Both the position numbers and the translations under genes were made by a program. A stretch of DNA of 63,218 nt, counting the filler, from Saprolegnia diclina VS20 (taxonomy: Eukaryota): assembly GCF_000281045.1 (NCBI RefSeq). It is 3 parts of 2 records of this genome, joined end to end, with 100 filler letters (N's around TTAATTAATTAA, not from the genome) between each part and the next. Parts side by side here need not be neighbours in the genome. Positions count along the whole stretch, not along the records: positions 30,409 to 53,298 come from NW_008246190.1; 2 more parts are not named here. One strand, 5' to 3'. The first letter of the stretch is position 1, and each line of letters starts with the position of its first letter. This document shows, piece by piece, positions 34,134 through 46,400 of the stretch. The notes under the pieces were generated by a model. The model ran no database searches. It was not told the origin of the DNA and saw only the letters and a program-made list of their open reading frames with translations.

Positions 34134-35369
34134 TCAATCCTCGATGCTCTCGAGGTGTGTCAAGGCGGCGTGGAGCATGGCGAGGCTATAGCCTTCTTCG
34201 CCAGCTTCTAGTCGCGGAGGCAAGAAGGCGTCCATGAGGGCAACGTACGACGCGAGATGGCCGTGCGTCGCGACAGCCTGCGCCACCACATACGCCAGCA
34301 CCGAGGGCAAGTCGTCGGCCGAGCTACAAACCGATATTAGTGTACACAGTCGAGGACCCGTAGCGTACATGTTGAGCTGATCCAATGCCATGCTCGGGTC
34401 GGATGCAAAATAGTGTTTGATGCAGCGGTCAATGCTACTGCACGTCGCCGCGACGCAGCGAACCTTGGCACTTGGCGTTCGCGCATTCCCGAGCGCAGAC
34501 AGCACCTCGATCGCGTCGTCGTACAAAGGGGCTTGGAACCGATCCGGCATGTCGTATGTGTCGATTGGCGCTGCTCTCAAGTGCGCGAGCTTGGCACTCC
34601 ACGCACTGTCGTCCGTGCGGTAGACCTGTGCAAAGACGTTGTGGAGAGTTGGCTGCAAGTGCAGGAACATCGCGTCCTCGACACTCTCGGTCGCGACATC
34701 CAAAAGCGCCGCATCGTGCTGGAGCGGCGGGTACTTGAAGCTCAGCACTTGCAGCAATACGCTACCAAACTCGCGCACGTCAAGTGCGGCGTGCGCAGCG
34801 TCGTCGCGTGAACTCACAGTCCCGTACAAGGCGTGGAAGATCTCGGCAAACTCAAAGAGCACACTGCAGAGCGAGTGCTGGACGGGCTTGACCAAGAGAC
34901 TCGCGGCGCGCTGACCTGGCAGCGTCTGGAAGAGCTGCTGAAAATGCTGGAGCACCTTGGTCGTCTTGGGGACGGCATCGGACCATCGGGCGCGGGGCGG
35001 TGTCGTCGGGCGTGGCGGCGTCGACGGTGCCGATATGAGCTCCAAGAACATCTCGTCCGCGTGCTGGGCGTACGGGTTCTTCTCGACGCGCGCCAGCGAC
35101 GTAAAGAGACCTCCAAAGATGTTGCTGCTGCGGTCTCCGAGGCGGCCGCGGCGGCGCGTGTCGGCGGCGTCGCGCACGACGGCAATGACATCTTGCCGCA
35201 TCTCGTGCGACTCGCGGTACTGGAGCACAAACTTGGTCTCTTCGCGCTGCCGCAGAGTCCGGAGCGTCACGTGCACAAGTGGCGCGCCGAGGTACGCGAC
35301 CTCGTTCTGGTCCATGTCCATCAGCGCGGCCTCGAGCTCGTCCGCGCCGTCGTCGGGCCTGTCTGCCAT
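34134..35369 (-). CDS. VPS9-domain protein (Rab5-family GEF)
   Basis: ARTPSAKVRCV, SADDLPSVLAYVV, GEEGYSL; in-frame 45-nt intron near 34322-34366; start taken at MADRP. Confidence 0.88.
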   Translation of the reverse strand: MADRPDDGADELEAALMDMDQNEVAYLGAPLVHVTLRTLRQREETKFVLQYRESHEMRQDVIAVVRDAADTRRRGRLGDRSSNIFGGLFTSLARVEKNPYAQHADEMFLELISAPSTPPRPTTPPRARWSDAVPKTTKVLQHFQQLFQTLPGQRAASLLVKPVQHSLCSVLFEFAEIFHALYGTVSSRDDAAHAALDVREFGSVLLQVLSFKYPPLQHDAALLDVATESVEDAMFLHLQPTLHNVFAQVYRTDDSAWSAKLAHLRAAPIDTYDMPDRFQAPLYDDAIEVLSALGNARTPSAKVRCVAATCSSIDRCIKHYFASDPSMALDQLNMYATGPRLCTLISVCSSADDLPSVLAYVVAQAVATHGHLASYVALMDAFLPPRLEAGEEGYSLAMLHAALTHLESIED

Positions 35370-36358
35370 GTCCAGTTTTTGGGCAAACGCACTTGACCGA
35401 GCCGACCGCACTTTGCCCACCACATGAAACCGTTGCGTGTCAACCTCTGCTTGACTAGCTCATGCATGATGGCAAAGTCCTTTGAGATGCGACGTCAACG
35501 TCGCCCTGCAGCCGTCACATACGCGGTGTACCGTCTCGGCTGAGCCCACTCCCATCACGCGAGCGCACGTGAAGCAGTGGTCCCAAGTCGGGTCTGGTGC
35601 CACGCTGATACGCTTCGAAAGCGAGCAGTCGCGGTCACGTGACGGACAATACAGGTCACACAGCTTGCTGTCACAGAGTAAGCGATCTCGGGTCGCAAGT
35701 ACTCGCCATGCTGAGCTCAAGCTCATGCCGTTTCATGCAGACCGGTGGCTGCGGTGCAACTTCAAGCACGAGAAGCTTCGAGAGGCTTTGTCAACCGCCT
35801 TTTGTTCTTTGGCGCGTGGCACAACACAGCGGTGGTAGCTACATGGAGGAGCGTTAACGATATCTACGTTGCACCATCGACACCCATCCTGTCTCGGTCG
35901 AAAGAGGACCAAGAGCCTTCGTAGGCGCGTAGAATAGGCTCGATCAACAAAGGACAAATGATCTTACACATGCCACCGTGGAGCTCCTAGTCGAGTCCGT
36001 GTGGGTGGTGGCAGGTTGCTTTGCCATGAGAGTAGCTATGGCTTCTTCCGTTCATGTTCTGTAGCCCAACTTCAACTAGCAACCGTCCGACCGACGCCGA
36101 TGAACCATCGCCATGAGCTTGGGGCGAGCCGAGCGCAGACGAGAGCGATCGACTTGAATAGGGTATCGTGCTGGTCTTCTCTGCTCCAGACGGCAGAAGC
36201 GGGGAGCGGCGCGGTGCCAAGCGCAGTTGCCTCGAGCGGTTTCCCAGGACTCGGCCATCTGATCCGGACGCATACGAAACCCAAGATGTTTGGCTCGTGC
36301 ATATTTATAGCAAGATCCGCGGCAGTTGACCATCTACTGCCTGGCAACTGCAACGAAG

Positions 36359-37120
36359 ATGACGATGGCCCGGGACCCGCGCCACGGCTGGTTTGGCCGG
36401 CTCCGCGACCTCGAGCACGAGACGCTCAAGCATGTTGCGCTCACGGCGCATGCGTCGCGCGTCCGGCTGCGCGGCGGGTCGGCCTACACCAACTACACGT
36501 ACACGATCGTCGCGTCACCGACCGCGCGCTGGGCGATTGACCGCCGGTACTCGGAGTGCCACCGCTTCAAGGCGACGCTGCTCAGGGCCATGGAGCGCGT
36601 GCCACCCAACGTGGCTATCCACGTGGCGCCGCTGCTTGCGATCGACTTTCCGAAAAAGAGCCTCTTTGACGCCAAGCGCATCGTCGGCGAGCGCAAGCAC
36701 AAGCTCAAGCTCTTCCTCTACGCGTGTCTCGAGGTGCGCACGTCCTTGTATTTACATACGGTCGTCTTCGAGTCGAACGCTAATTTGGCCGTGCAAAGTC
36801 GCTGCACCGAGCTGCTCGAGCTCCTCGACGCCTTTTTAGAGATACCGCCGCTCCAAAAGGACGAGCAACGCAAGAAGGCGACGGCGCTGCTGCTCTTGCT
36901 GCAGCAAGAACCGCGCGCGTCGTCGCTCTCGGCGTCGTGGCGTCCGTCCTTTCTTGACGACGGCGACTGCTCCATTTGCTTGAGCGAGCTCGACATGGAC
37001 GGCGTCGGCCTCGCGGCCCCGGTCACGCTGCCGTGCGGCCATGTCTTCCACTGCGACTGCGTCCTACCGTGGCTTGCAAAAGATCACTCGTGCCCGCTCT
37101 GTCGCGGCAGCCTCCATTAA
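36359..37120 (+). CDS. PX domain plus C-terminal RING-H2 protein
   Basis: YTNYT, RRYSEC, FPKK, ERKHKL; CSICL...LPCGHVFHCDCVLPWL...CPLC. Confidence 0.9.
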   Translation: MTMARDPRHGWFGRLRDLEHETLKHVALTAHASRVRLRGGSAYTNYTYTIVASPTARWAIDRRYSECHRFKATLLRAMERVPPNVAIHVAPLLAIDFPKKSLFDAKRIVGERKHKLKLFLYACLEVRTSLYLHTVVFESNANLAVQSRCTELLELLDAFLEIPPLQKDEQRKKATALLLLLQQEPRASSLSASWRPSFLDDGDCSICLSELDMDGVGLAAPVTLPCGHVFHCDCVLPWLAKDHSCPLCRGSLH

Positions 37121-37423
37121 ACGTCATAAGTAAGAGCACTGTAAGTAGTCATCCTAGCATACCGCATACCGCGCGGCAAAGGCTAGTCCAGAAGTGCATC
37201 ACAAAGAGGACCAACGAGGTCAACGTTCGTCGTGACGGCTGGGGGTTGCCAAATCCGCCGCATCCCATTGGCGAATCATTTTTTAGATCCACCAATCCAC
37301 GATGGCGCATCATTCGAATTTCGACAAGATCGTCTCCTGCTGTAACCAGCGAATCGACGTAGTGCGGCGATGACCAACGGCGACCATACACAGTGCATTG
37401 GTCTTCTTACGACGTCGGACGAT

Positions 37424-40400
37424 CTACGCCCACGGACTCCAGCCGTGGAAGGTGCGGCCGAGGATATTGGGGTCGGTCGCGAGCTCGATGAGCGCCTGCG
37501 CCTGGTCGAGCGGCGACAAGAGCGCGTCGTCGTTCTCGCACGCCAAGAGCTTTTCAAACGCAGCCAGCACCGGCGCCACGTGCACGTTGAGCCGGACTTC
37601 GTTGGCGACGATTGCGCGGGGTGGCTTCCCCAGCAGCTTGTCGCGGGCCAGTCGCATCTTGGTCGCGGCGACATTGACCTCGAGCGACTCCTCCCGCGGT
37701 GCCGCCTTGCGCTCCTTCTTTTGCGTCTTGGTTTTCTTTGGCATCGCTTGCCACTCGAGAAGCGGCTCGTGCAAAAACACGTTCATGACGCTGTCGATAT
37801 GCGACTGGTTGTCCCGCAGCGCTTCGAGCACGACCGCGAGGTCCATCTGCAAGAGGTGGCGGCCGTCGTACGGCGCGCTCACGCCCTCCATTTGACGCGT
37901 GAAGCGGAACGGCACGAGCTCGGGCACGGGCAGCAAGCTCGCACCGGCGCCAAAGCTAATGCCAAAGTCAATGCCAATCACGCTTCCAGTGGTCGTGTCG
38001 AGCAAAAAGTTGTCGAGATGCCGGTCACCGATCCCGAGGATGTACGAAGCTCCGTTGAAGGCCGCAAGCGTCGATTGAAACGTGCTGCGCAGCGTGAAGA
38101 ATGCATCGGGCGACGATGCCATGCGAAGCAGTCGCCGGCGAAAGAGACTCGGCGGCAGAAGCGCTTGCGCGGCTTCAAAGGCCGGCACGACGTCGTCTTG
38201 GGACGCAGCCCCAATCTTTTGGCCGTACGAGAGCTTGCTCTTCTGCTGCTTGGTCCAAAACGCCTCGTACTTTTCGCCCGACGGAGAACTGAGGAGGTGG
38301 AAGCTGGCGGAGCGCTTCGCGGTTGACGCCAACTGCATCTCGTCTTCGAGGACCGACTTGAGCGTAGTCGTGTTGCTGAGCCACTCGACGAGCCCGATCC
38401 GCGTCGTCATGGGCACCACCTGGCGCAACTTAGAAATGCTGCATCGTCATGGCGGTGGTACCTTGTAGGTTCGAATCGCCAGGTCGTGTCGGCGCTGGCA
38501 CGACGGGTGCGACTGCAAGATGGTGCTCATGACCTCAAACAGCTGCTCAATGCGCTGGTCCAGCCGCAAGTCTTCGCCTCCCTATTAGCGGTTAGCCAAA
38601 GCAAGCATCGTCGGGCGACCTTGACGAGAAACTGGTACGAGGCGCCGTTGCTCGCGTGGAACGTGATGCGCTTGGGCAGCTGCTTGGACGCGAGCACGAG
38701 CAGCTGCGGCGCGCAGCTCAAGATGGTGGCATGCGCCGTCGGCTCGGGCTTGGCCCAGCCTACACCATACTCCATCATACTTCATCGTCCAAGGGCAATG
38801 ACACAGCCTACGCGACGTGTACTGGCCCGGGAGCTCAATGCGCGTCTTGGTCGGGTCCAGTCGGCTGAGCCACTCGGAAAAGTCGGCGACTTTGGCCTTC
38901 CACTGGCGGTCAATGCCGTACTTGCCGGGCACGACTTGAAAGACGCTCGTGATCCACGCCCGCGCTTGCGTCAGCGATGCTTTTGTGGGTTTGGCCAAGA
39001 AATTCTCGACGCTCTTGCGGTGCGTCTTGGCCCACGACCGGTTGTACGCGCCGATGTTCGAGTGCCCGAGGACGTCGCCGTTGCCGTCCAACACGTTGGC
39101 CGCTAGCGCTTTTGCAAGCGCCGCGACCTCCGCCGCTGGGCGCGTCTCGATCGCGTCCAGCAGCTGCCGAATCCCTTCCTTGAACCGAATCTCGGGGTGG
39201 TGCAACCTACACACCTCGCTACGACACAGACGATCGACGAAGTGCGTACCCGTTCAGCGCCGCAACAAACTGGTCCATGGCCGCATTTTGGAGCAGCGCG
39301 CGGAGCGTATCGAAGCGGGGACCCAACACCATCGACTCGGAGGTGAGGCAAAAGTCATAGTAGAGCGCACGCGGGTACTCGGTCGCCAACTACATACTAG
39401 CTAGTTAGTCGCGTTGAAGCCTGCGACCATGGAATACCTTTTCGAGGAGGCTGCGAATAAAGTCGTCAAATGGTGTCGCGTTGGGCTGCAAGAGGGCAAT
39501 GATCTGCGCCGACCAGTGGAGACACGTCCACATCGGCACGTGCGCCATCCTCTCGGCGACGAGCGGCAGCAACTCGTCTCGGGCTTGGACGAGGTCGAGG
39601 ACGCGGGGAAGGTACTTGGCACTCATCTCGTCAGCCATCGTCATACCGTGAAGCACACTCGTGACAAACGACCGACTGAGGCGTCCGTCCGTAGGGGCAT
39701 GCTCGACCCACTTGTCCAGAAACGACAGGAACGGCCCGTGCATGGACGAGAGCGCGCCGGGCAGCTGGTCAGCGTCAAACCGCTCGAGAGCGTCCAGTGC
39801 ACACTGTCGACCGAGGGCGGCATCGCCATGTTGCTGGTGAAAGCTCGACGCCGACGCGAGGGCGTGCACATGCAGACCTCGGACGTCCCGCTGCACATCC
39901 TGTGGCATGGTCGGCAGGAGCGCAGCGACTTCGTCGTTTTCAAACAGCCGCAGCATCGAGACGTAGTACTGCGCGACTTGACTGAGCCCTTTTGCGCGGG
40001 CATTCGGTGGCAGCACGAGCGAGCTCTGCAGCGTGCGCGTGGCGAGCTTGGAGACCTGCGCGACGTACACCTGGACCATGTAGACGCTCAGCTTGGGCAG
40101 CTGCGCACTCGTGCACGTTTGCCGGTAGTCGCTGAGGAGGCGCGACGCGAGCGCAAGCACGTTGCTCGAGACCGCTGCGTGCGCGTACATGAGCATGTCC
40201 TACACGCACATCGTGTTTCTCGTCCTCGCCTTGGCAGTTTACCTGCACACGGAGGGTCGCAATGGTATGATTCAAGTCGGGAAGGCCGCCCCACTCACCG
40301 CCCAAGGCGGTCAGCCGCTCGTACCCGAGCGTGCGGCTCCAGTAGTGGGCCGACCACACCGAGAGCGCGTCGTCTTGAAGCGGCGTCACGCTCACCCACT

Positions 40401-43400
40401 GCTGCATGCACGGAGCAACGTCTGTCGCCGCATGCACGCGCAGAAGCGACTCGAGATGCACGACAAGCGGCAGTCGCTGCAGCTGGCGCAGGCGATAGCA
40501 CGCCGGCAAACTCGTCCACTGCGCGACGCACTCTGCGAAAAAGTGCTCGACGGTCGCGATTGCGTCCTGCGGCCGTGGGCCCTGGAGCTGCACAAAGCCA
40601 AAGAGCTCCGGACATGTTCGCGCAACGTCCGAGAGGCGGTCGGGCGTCATGTGCGTCAGTAGCGTCTCCACTTGGTCTGTCGCACCATATGCCATGACGA
40701 GATGACGCACTTGCTGTCCGCGGAAAGGCTCGGGCAGCGACCACACATCGTCAACGGCCAGTTCGGACGCCAGAGCGTCCCACTTGTTGAGTTGCGCGAT
40801 GCAGCTGATGCGCTCCGTCGCCCAGCGTTGTCGCTCCTTCGGCGAGCACGACGCGACATTGGCTTGGAGTTTGGCTTCGGCCGCCCCGTAGAGCTTGATC
40901 GCACCGAGAACGTCGCCTTTTAGTTGGGCCTCGAGTGCCTTCGTGGCCTCAGGCAGCTGCGCGTTGAGCGCCGACGCAACGGCCATGCGCAGCGGCTCGT
41001 TCTCGACCACTTGGAGCACGTGCTGGAGCTCTGTCCACGCCGACGGCGTCGGCGACTGCAGCACAAGCTCTTCCAAGAGAAGCTGGCCTGTCACAACGTT
41101 GAGAGAGGCGACGCTGGCGGCCCCAACGATCGTGGGATCGATGCCGCCAGCCGTCACCAGTGTCAAGAGACACTCTTGGACGCTTGCGACGAGGACCGCC
41201 TTGTCGGGCGAGGCCGCCAAAAGGCGCGTCAAATGCGTCGCCAAGTCGGTGACGTACGGTCCCGGCACGTGCTCGAGAAACGCCGTCAAAAGAGCACACA
41301 AAAGCAGGGTCGCCGTCTTGGCGTGGAGCTGCGCGACCGCGAGCAGCGGTCCAAGGACGTCATTCCGCGCAATTTCAATGTCTGGCAGCTCGCCCGCGCG
41401 GTAGCTTCGGTACAGCGGGACGTGCGCCCCTTGGTGGGCTTCCGCGCGCTTCTGTGCCGAGGCAAACTGCTTGGTGCGGCTCGCGTGGAGCGTAAAGAAG
41501 AGCTTGTCCTTGACCGAGCTCGAGAGCGCCGAGTCGGACGAGGCGCGTGCTGCCGCCGAGAAGCGCTTCGTCACGGCCTTGCTGCTATGGGCCACCGCGT
41601 ACGCTACGTGCCAACGCATAAGCGACCTCGTCTCGATACAACCCGAGTAGGAATGTACCAGTGGACGGCACGTACTGCTGCGACTGCGTCTGGGACCACG
41701 CTCGATCTTGCGTCGCCTTGACCATGCGTGCTTGCTGCTCCAAGACCGGCTGGCTTTGCAGCGTGAGCGCATCCTGCGAGAAGAGTGGCGTCAAGCTCCC
41801 TTGGGTGCGTGCGGCCCACGCCGTGTCAATGCTCATGGGCTCAAACACGCAGGACGCACTCAAGGGCGCGTCAAAGAGCTTGGTCGACCCGTTCTCGACA
41901 TCATACAGCCACAGCGTCGGGACGTAGCGCACCCAGTTGTCGCCGCTCTGATAGGTGGCCGACGCCAGTGCGAGCAAGCGGTCGGGGCCAGAGGGCAGTT
42001 GCGCCGCCCAAAACCCGACGCACGCCGACCGAATGGATTCGTTGGCGTCCGTGAGCCCGCGCAGGAGGATCGACTGGACGCTCTGGACGTGGCTGTAGCC
42101 CGACGACATGAGAAACTCCAACCATTGGCGCCGCGTCAAATCGTCGTCAAAGTGCATGAGCAGCACACTTGCATCGGCGCTGTGCACGACCACCGACCGA
42201 CTCTCGTCCGGCAAGTCGGGCCAGAGACCGATGAGAAAGGCCAGCGCGCGCTGCGTCACGAGCGGCGACCGGTGCCGCAGCACCTTGGGCAGCGACGGCC
42301 GAAGCAGCAAAAACACATCCGTGGCTTGGAGTTTCGAGCTCTGTAGCGCATGCAGAAGAATGTCGAGCGTGTCGCAGGCCAGTGCGTCGATCGACCAGAC
42401 GCGGGGCAACATCGACTGGAGCCGGTGCATCCACGCTTGGTCCAGCACGAGCGACGGCACGTGCGCCGAGAGCTGCTTGAGGACCGTGAGACACCGGTTC
42501 GGCTTGTCGTCGTTCTGAAAAAACTGCACCAGCAGGTGCTGGAGCTTCTCTTCCATGTCGATCGACGGCAGTGCGTGGAGCAGGCGACCGGCCACGTCGG
42601 CGGCGAGCGCCGGTGTCGCCTTGTGGGCCCCCGAAATACGCGTCAGAAGCGCGGCTTCGAGCGACAGCTGGCCACTTCGCACTACCGCCTGGTAGTGCAC
42701 GTTGGGCGCCGCCTCTAAAAACCCAATCGACACGAGCATTGCGGTCAGGTGCAGGCCCGTCGTGTGCTTGGCCGCCATCGCCTTGGTCTCGCCAACACCT
42801 TCGTCCGTCAAGTACGCCAGAATCGAATGGATATCGATCGTGTAGCAGGTCCACGTCCGCAGCGCGGTCTCGACCAAGTACAAGTTGTCGCGCAGAATCC
42901 ACGCAGAGGCATGCACGCTCACACGCACCAAGTGGTTCACGAACGGCGACATGTCGGAGGCATGCGCCCGCGCCGCACTCGTCCAGAGCCCCAGTGCCAT
43001 GTCGTCGGCCACGGGGGTGAGCAGCAGATGGCACACGTCGCGCAAGAGGTAGTGAAACTGATCGGTCTGCGGGAGTGCGATCACCGCGTTGGTCATCGGA
43101 CTGAGCCACGACGCAGCGTACGGCGCAAAGAGGCGCGGGCGATTGAGCACGAGCTTGAGCACAAACGTCCGAACGGGCAGCGCATCGGAAAATTGAAGCT
43201 GCGTGCGGAGCTTCTCCATCCAGGGGGGCGCCACGGACGACGACCACGTGCCTTGAAACAGCGTCTCGATCGTCACGAGCGTCTGCACGAGCGGCTTCAT
43301 GCACGGATGTGCGTTGACCACATCGAGTTCGAGGTCCAGATCGGCATCCATCGGTACGTCCGTTGTCACATGTGGCACCTCGGGGGTCTGACTCAAGCTG

Positions 43401-46400
43401 CTGCCTTCCAGAAACTGGCTCGAGAGCGTCACGCCCCCGAGTTGCAGCGTCGTCGGCTTGGGCGTCTGTCTCTTGGTCGTCCAGCTTGTCTCGGTCATGA
43501 GCTCAAACGACGCACCGGCGAGGATCGTACTCCACATCGTGTCGGGGAAGAGCAGCTGCGTGTAGAACTTCTCCTGTGTTTGTGTCTTGCGCACCGTCAT
43601 GAGAAGACAGCGGTACGCCGCGATCGCGACCTCGGGCAGCCCAATCTTGGTCGACGCCGTCTTGCACAGCCGCATCGTGAGCTCGTTGCCCTTGCCACTC
43701 GTGCTTGGTGGTAAAAACGCTGCGTTCACACTCGACCGAATGCGCTCGGGGGGCACCACGTCGTACAAACACTCGAGAAGGCCAAGCGCCAGACGCTGAA
43801 GCAACGTCTCGGGGCGGTCGAGCGACCGCATGAGGGTCGCGACGACGCTCGCTCCTTGAAATGTGCGCGCAAAGAACGCCTCCGGGGCTGGTAGCCGACG
43901 CAGGAGCGGCCGCGCCACGCTCAAAAACACTTGCCAGCGCACACTCTCGTCGACGGTCACGTCAAAGAGCATCTGTAACGTGTCCATGCTAACCGCGCTG
44001 ACATCGTCAAGCGGGATTGAGGCGACAAAATCGGCCAAGGCGTCGTGCAGATCCGCATACAGCGCGTGCGACTTGCCTTCCTTCAAACTCGGATACAGCG
44101 GCGAGAGCAGCGCCAAGCGGTGGCTCTGACGGAACGCCGACAAGACGGCAGCAAAGAGGGCCGAGTACGTGTCGTACGCCAGCGTGCCTTTGGTCACGTC
44201 GCTCGAAACGAGCGGGAGGTCGTGGACCACGAGGTGGTGCAGCGCGTCGGCCATCGTGGTCGCTGTCGCGCTATCGTGGCGCGCGAGGGCCGGGACGAGG
44301 TGCAGCACCGCTAGTTTGAACGGGGCGGGTGTCGCATGCGATGTCAGCGAAGCGTGCACGCGGGCAGCCAGGTCCACGTTTGCGTCTTGGACCTTGCCGT
44401 TCAGACGTGCGAGAAGCGTCGCAAGAACGCCGAGCAGTGTCGCATCGGACGCTGCAAAGCACGCTGCAGCCAACGGCCCGACAGTCGGCGCCAACGCAGC
44501 ACATTCCGCTTTCGTCGGCGGGCGGGCCGCCAATAACATCTCGAGCAGCGGTACGAACAGCAGATAACGCTGCACATGCACCAGGGTGCGCTGCGTGAGC
44601 GATAGCCAGAGCGGCGCGTGGCCAACGACAAGGTGCTGCAAGCGCGGAAGCGACAGCGCCGAGACAGGCTGCGTGGTCTCGCACAAGAGGTGCCCCGGAA
44701 GATCCCACCCAAAAACGACAGCCGTCTACAACCGATGATGATAGCTCCAGCGCACACGTCACGCCGACATACCTCGAGGACGTGCAAAGCGACGTGGTCC
44801 GTGATGGGCGACCGCTCCTGTTGGCTCTGAAGAAAGTACGTGAGCGCGGTGTCACCGAGCTCGGTCGCGATGGCAGACGCTTCGTCATCAAGCCCGCTCC
44901 AGTACCGCAGCGCGTGCAGCTAGAGACCAATGATTGGTATAGGCAGAGAAAGGTATACTACCTGCTGGTATAGCGCGCAGACGCCGTTGGCCAGCGACGG
45001 GGCCATGGACACGACGCGACTTCGGGCATACGTCTCGTTTTGATGGAGGAGCCGATTCAGCACCGACCGGAAGGCGATCGACGACGCCAGGTCGCGCAAG
45101 AACGCGGCGCAAAGCGCCGTCCACACGGTCTCGGCGTCACGGGAGAGCGGCTCCATTTGGACGGCCGCAGGGTCAAGGCGCGACAGGACGAGCATTTGCA
45201 TGACGCGCGCACTCAAGTTGGTGCAATCCCACTGCGCCGCGAGCGTTGGTACGACGGCCTTGTGCTCGAGAATCACCAAGAGAAGGCGACAGAGGCCACG
45301 CCACGCGCGGGACCGCGCGGCCGGCGACCCCGTGACGCCAGAATCGTCGACGAACCGCTTGACGGCCGCCCAGAGACGCGTTGGCTGCTCGACACTGGAT
45401 TCGCCTTCCGCGTGTCGCTTCTTGGTTGGAGCTGCCCACGCAGCATCTGGCAAGAGGCTTTGGTTGTTGAGCGTCGGTGCCGCCAGCCACGCAACGGCCT
45501 CGGTCGACGCCGCCAGCGTGTCGCACCAACCATCGGAATCCGACGCAGCAATGAGCTCGGTCGGTGCAACAACCGCATCAACGACGCTGTGCATAGCGTG
45601 CGTCTCCAGGTACTGCTGCAGCCACGCGCGGCAGCTGCCGCCACGGCCATCGGCGCGCGCGAGCACCATAAAGAGGCGCTGGCAGCAGTTCCGGAAAGCC
45701 GCTTGCGGACTTGCACTCTGTGTAAAGAGCCACGTCACAAACTGCGACAAACTCGCGCACTCGGCGTCGCCGTGACGCGGCGCCGTCAGCATCGTGCTGC
45801 AGCGCACGACAATCTTTTCCAAGTGGTCGATCGCACGCAAGAGACGCGTCGTCGTCACGTGCATACCGTCGAGGCCGTTGTCTTGGCGCTTGAGCGCGAG
45901 CAGCAAGTGCTTGGTCCACGGCAAGGCAAACGTCTGCACAAGCAATTCATCTTCGCGAAAGTCACGGTACAAATGCTCGACTGCGAGCGCGGCGCCAAGT
46001 CGGTGGGTCACGCCGGGGTGGTCGCAGAGCGCAAAAAGCTGGTCGAAAAGCGCGCTCGCCGAGACGAGCGACGTCGCCGGTTGCTTGGCTGCGTACTTGA
46101 GGAAGCTTGCAATCGCGTGGGCGGCCACGTCACGGCTGCCGCCATCGACATCGGTGAGCGCCCGGAAGAGCGCGTCCAAAAATGACTGCACTTCAAACGG
46201 GTAGAGCTCAGCGACGCCGCTGAACCAGCGCACGAGCTGAAAGAGGAGCGTGTGGAAGAGCGCCCGGATGACGCTGTCGGCGTCCGTGGCGAGCAAAACG
46301 ACCACGGGCAAGAGCAGCTGCCAATGACAGAAAAAGATCGTCTTCTCGCTGCTCTGGCTCTTGGCGTGCGGCAAGGTCGCCGTCTTACCGCAAAGGAGAA

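Noticed and set aside
35460..35957. Cys-rich short ORFs as a FYVE domain or Sec (UGA) readthrough upstream of the VPS9 gene
   Set aside because: No WxxD or R(R/K)HHCR motif, no clear splice link and no SECIS recognised
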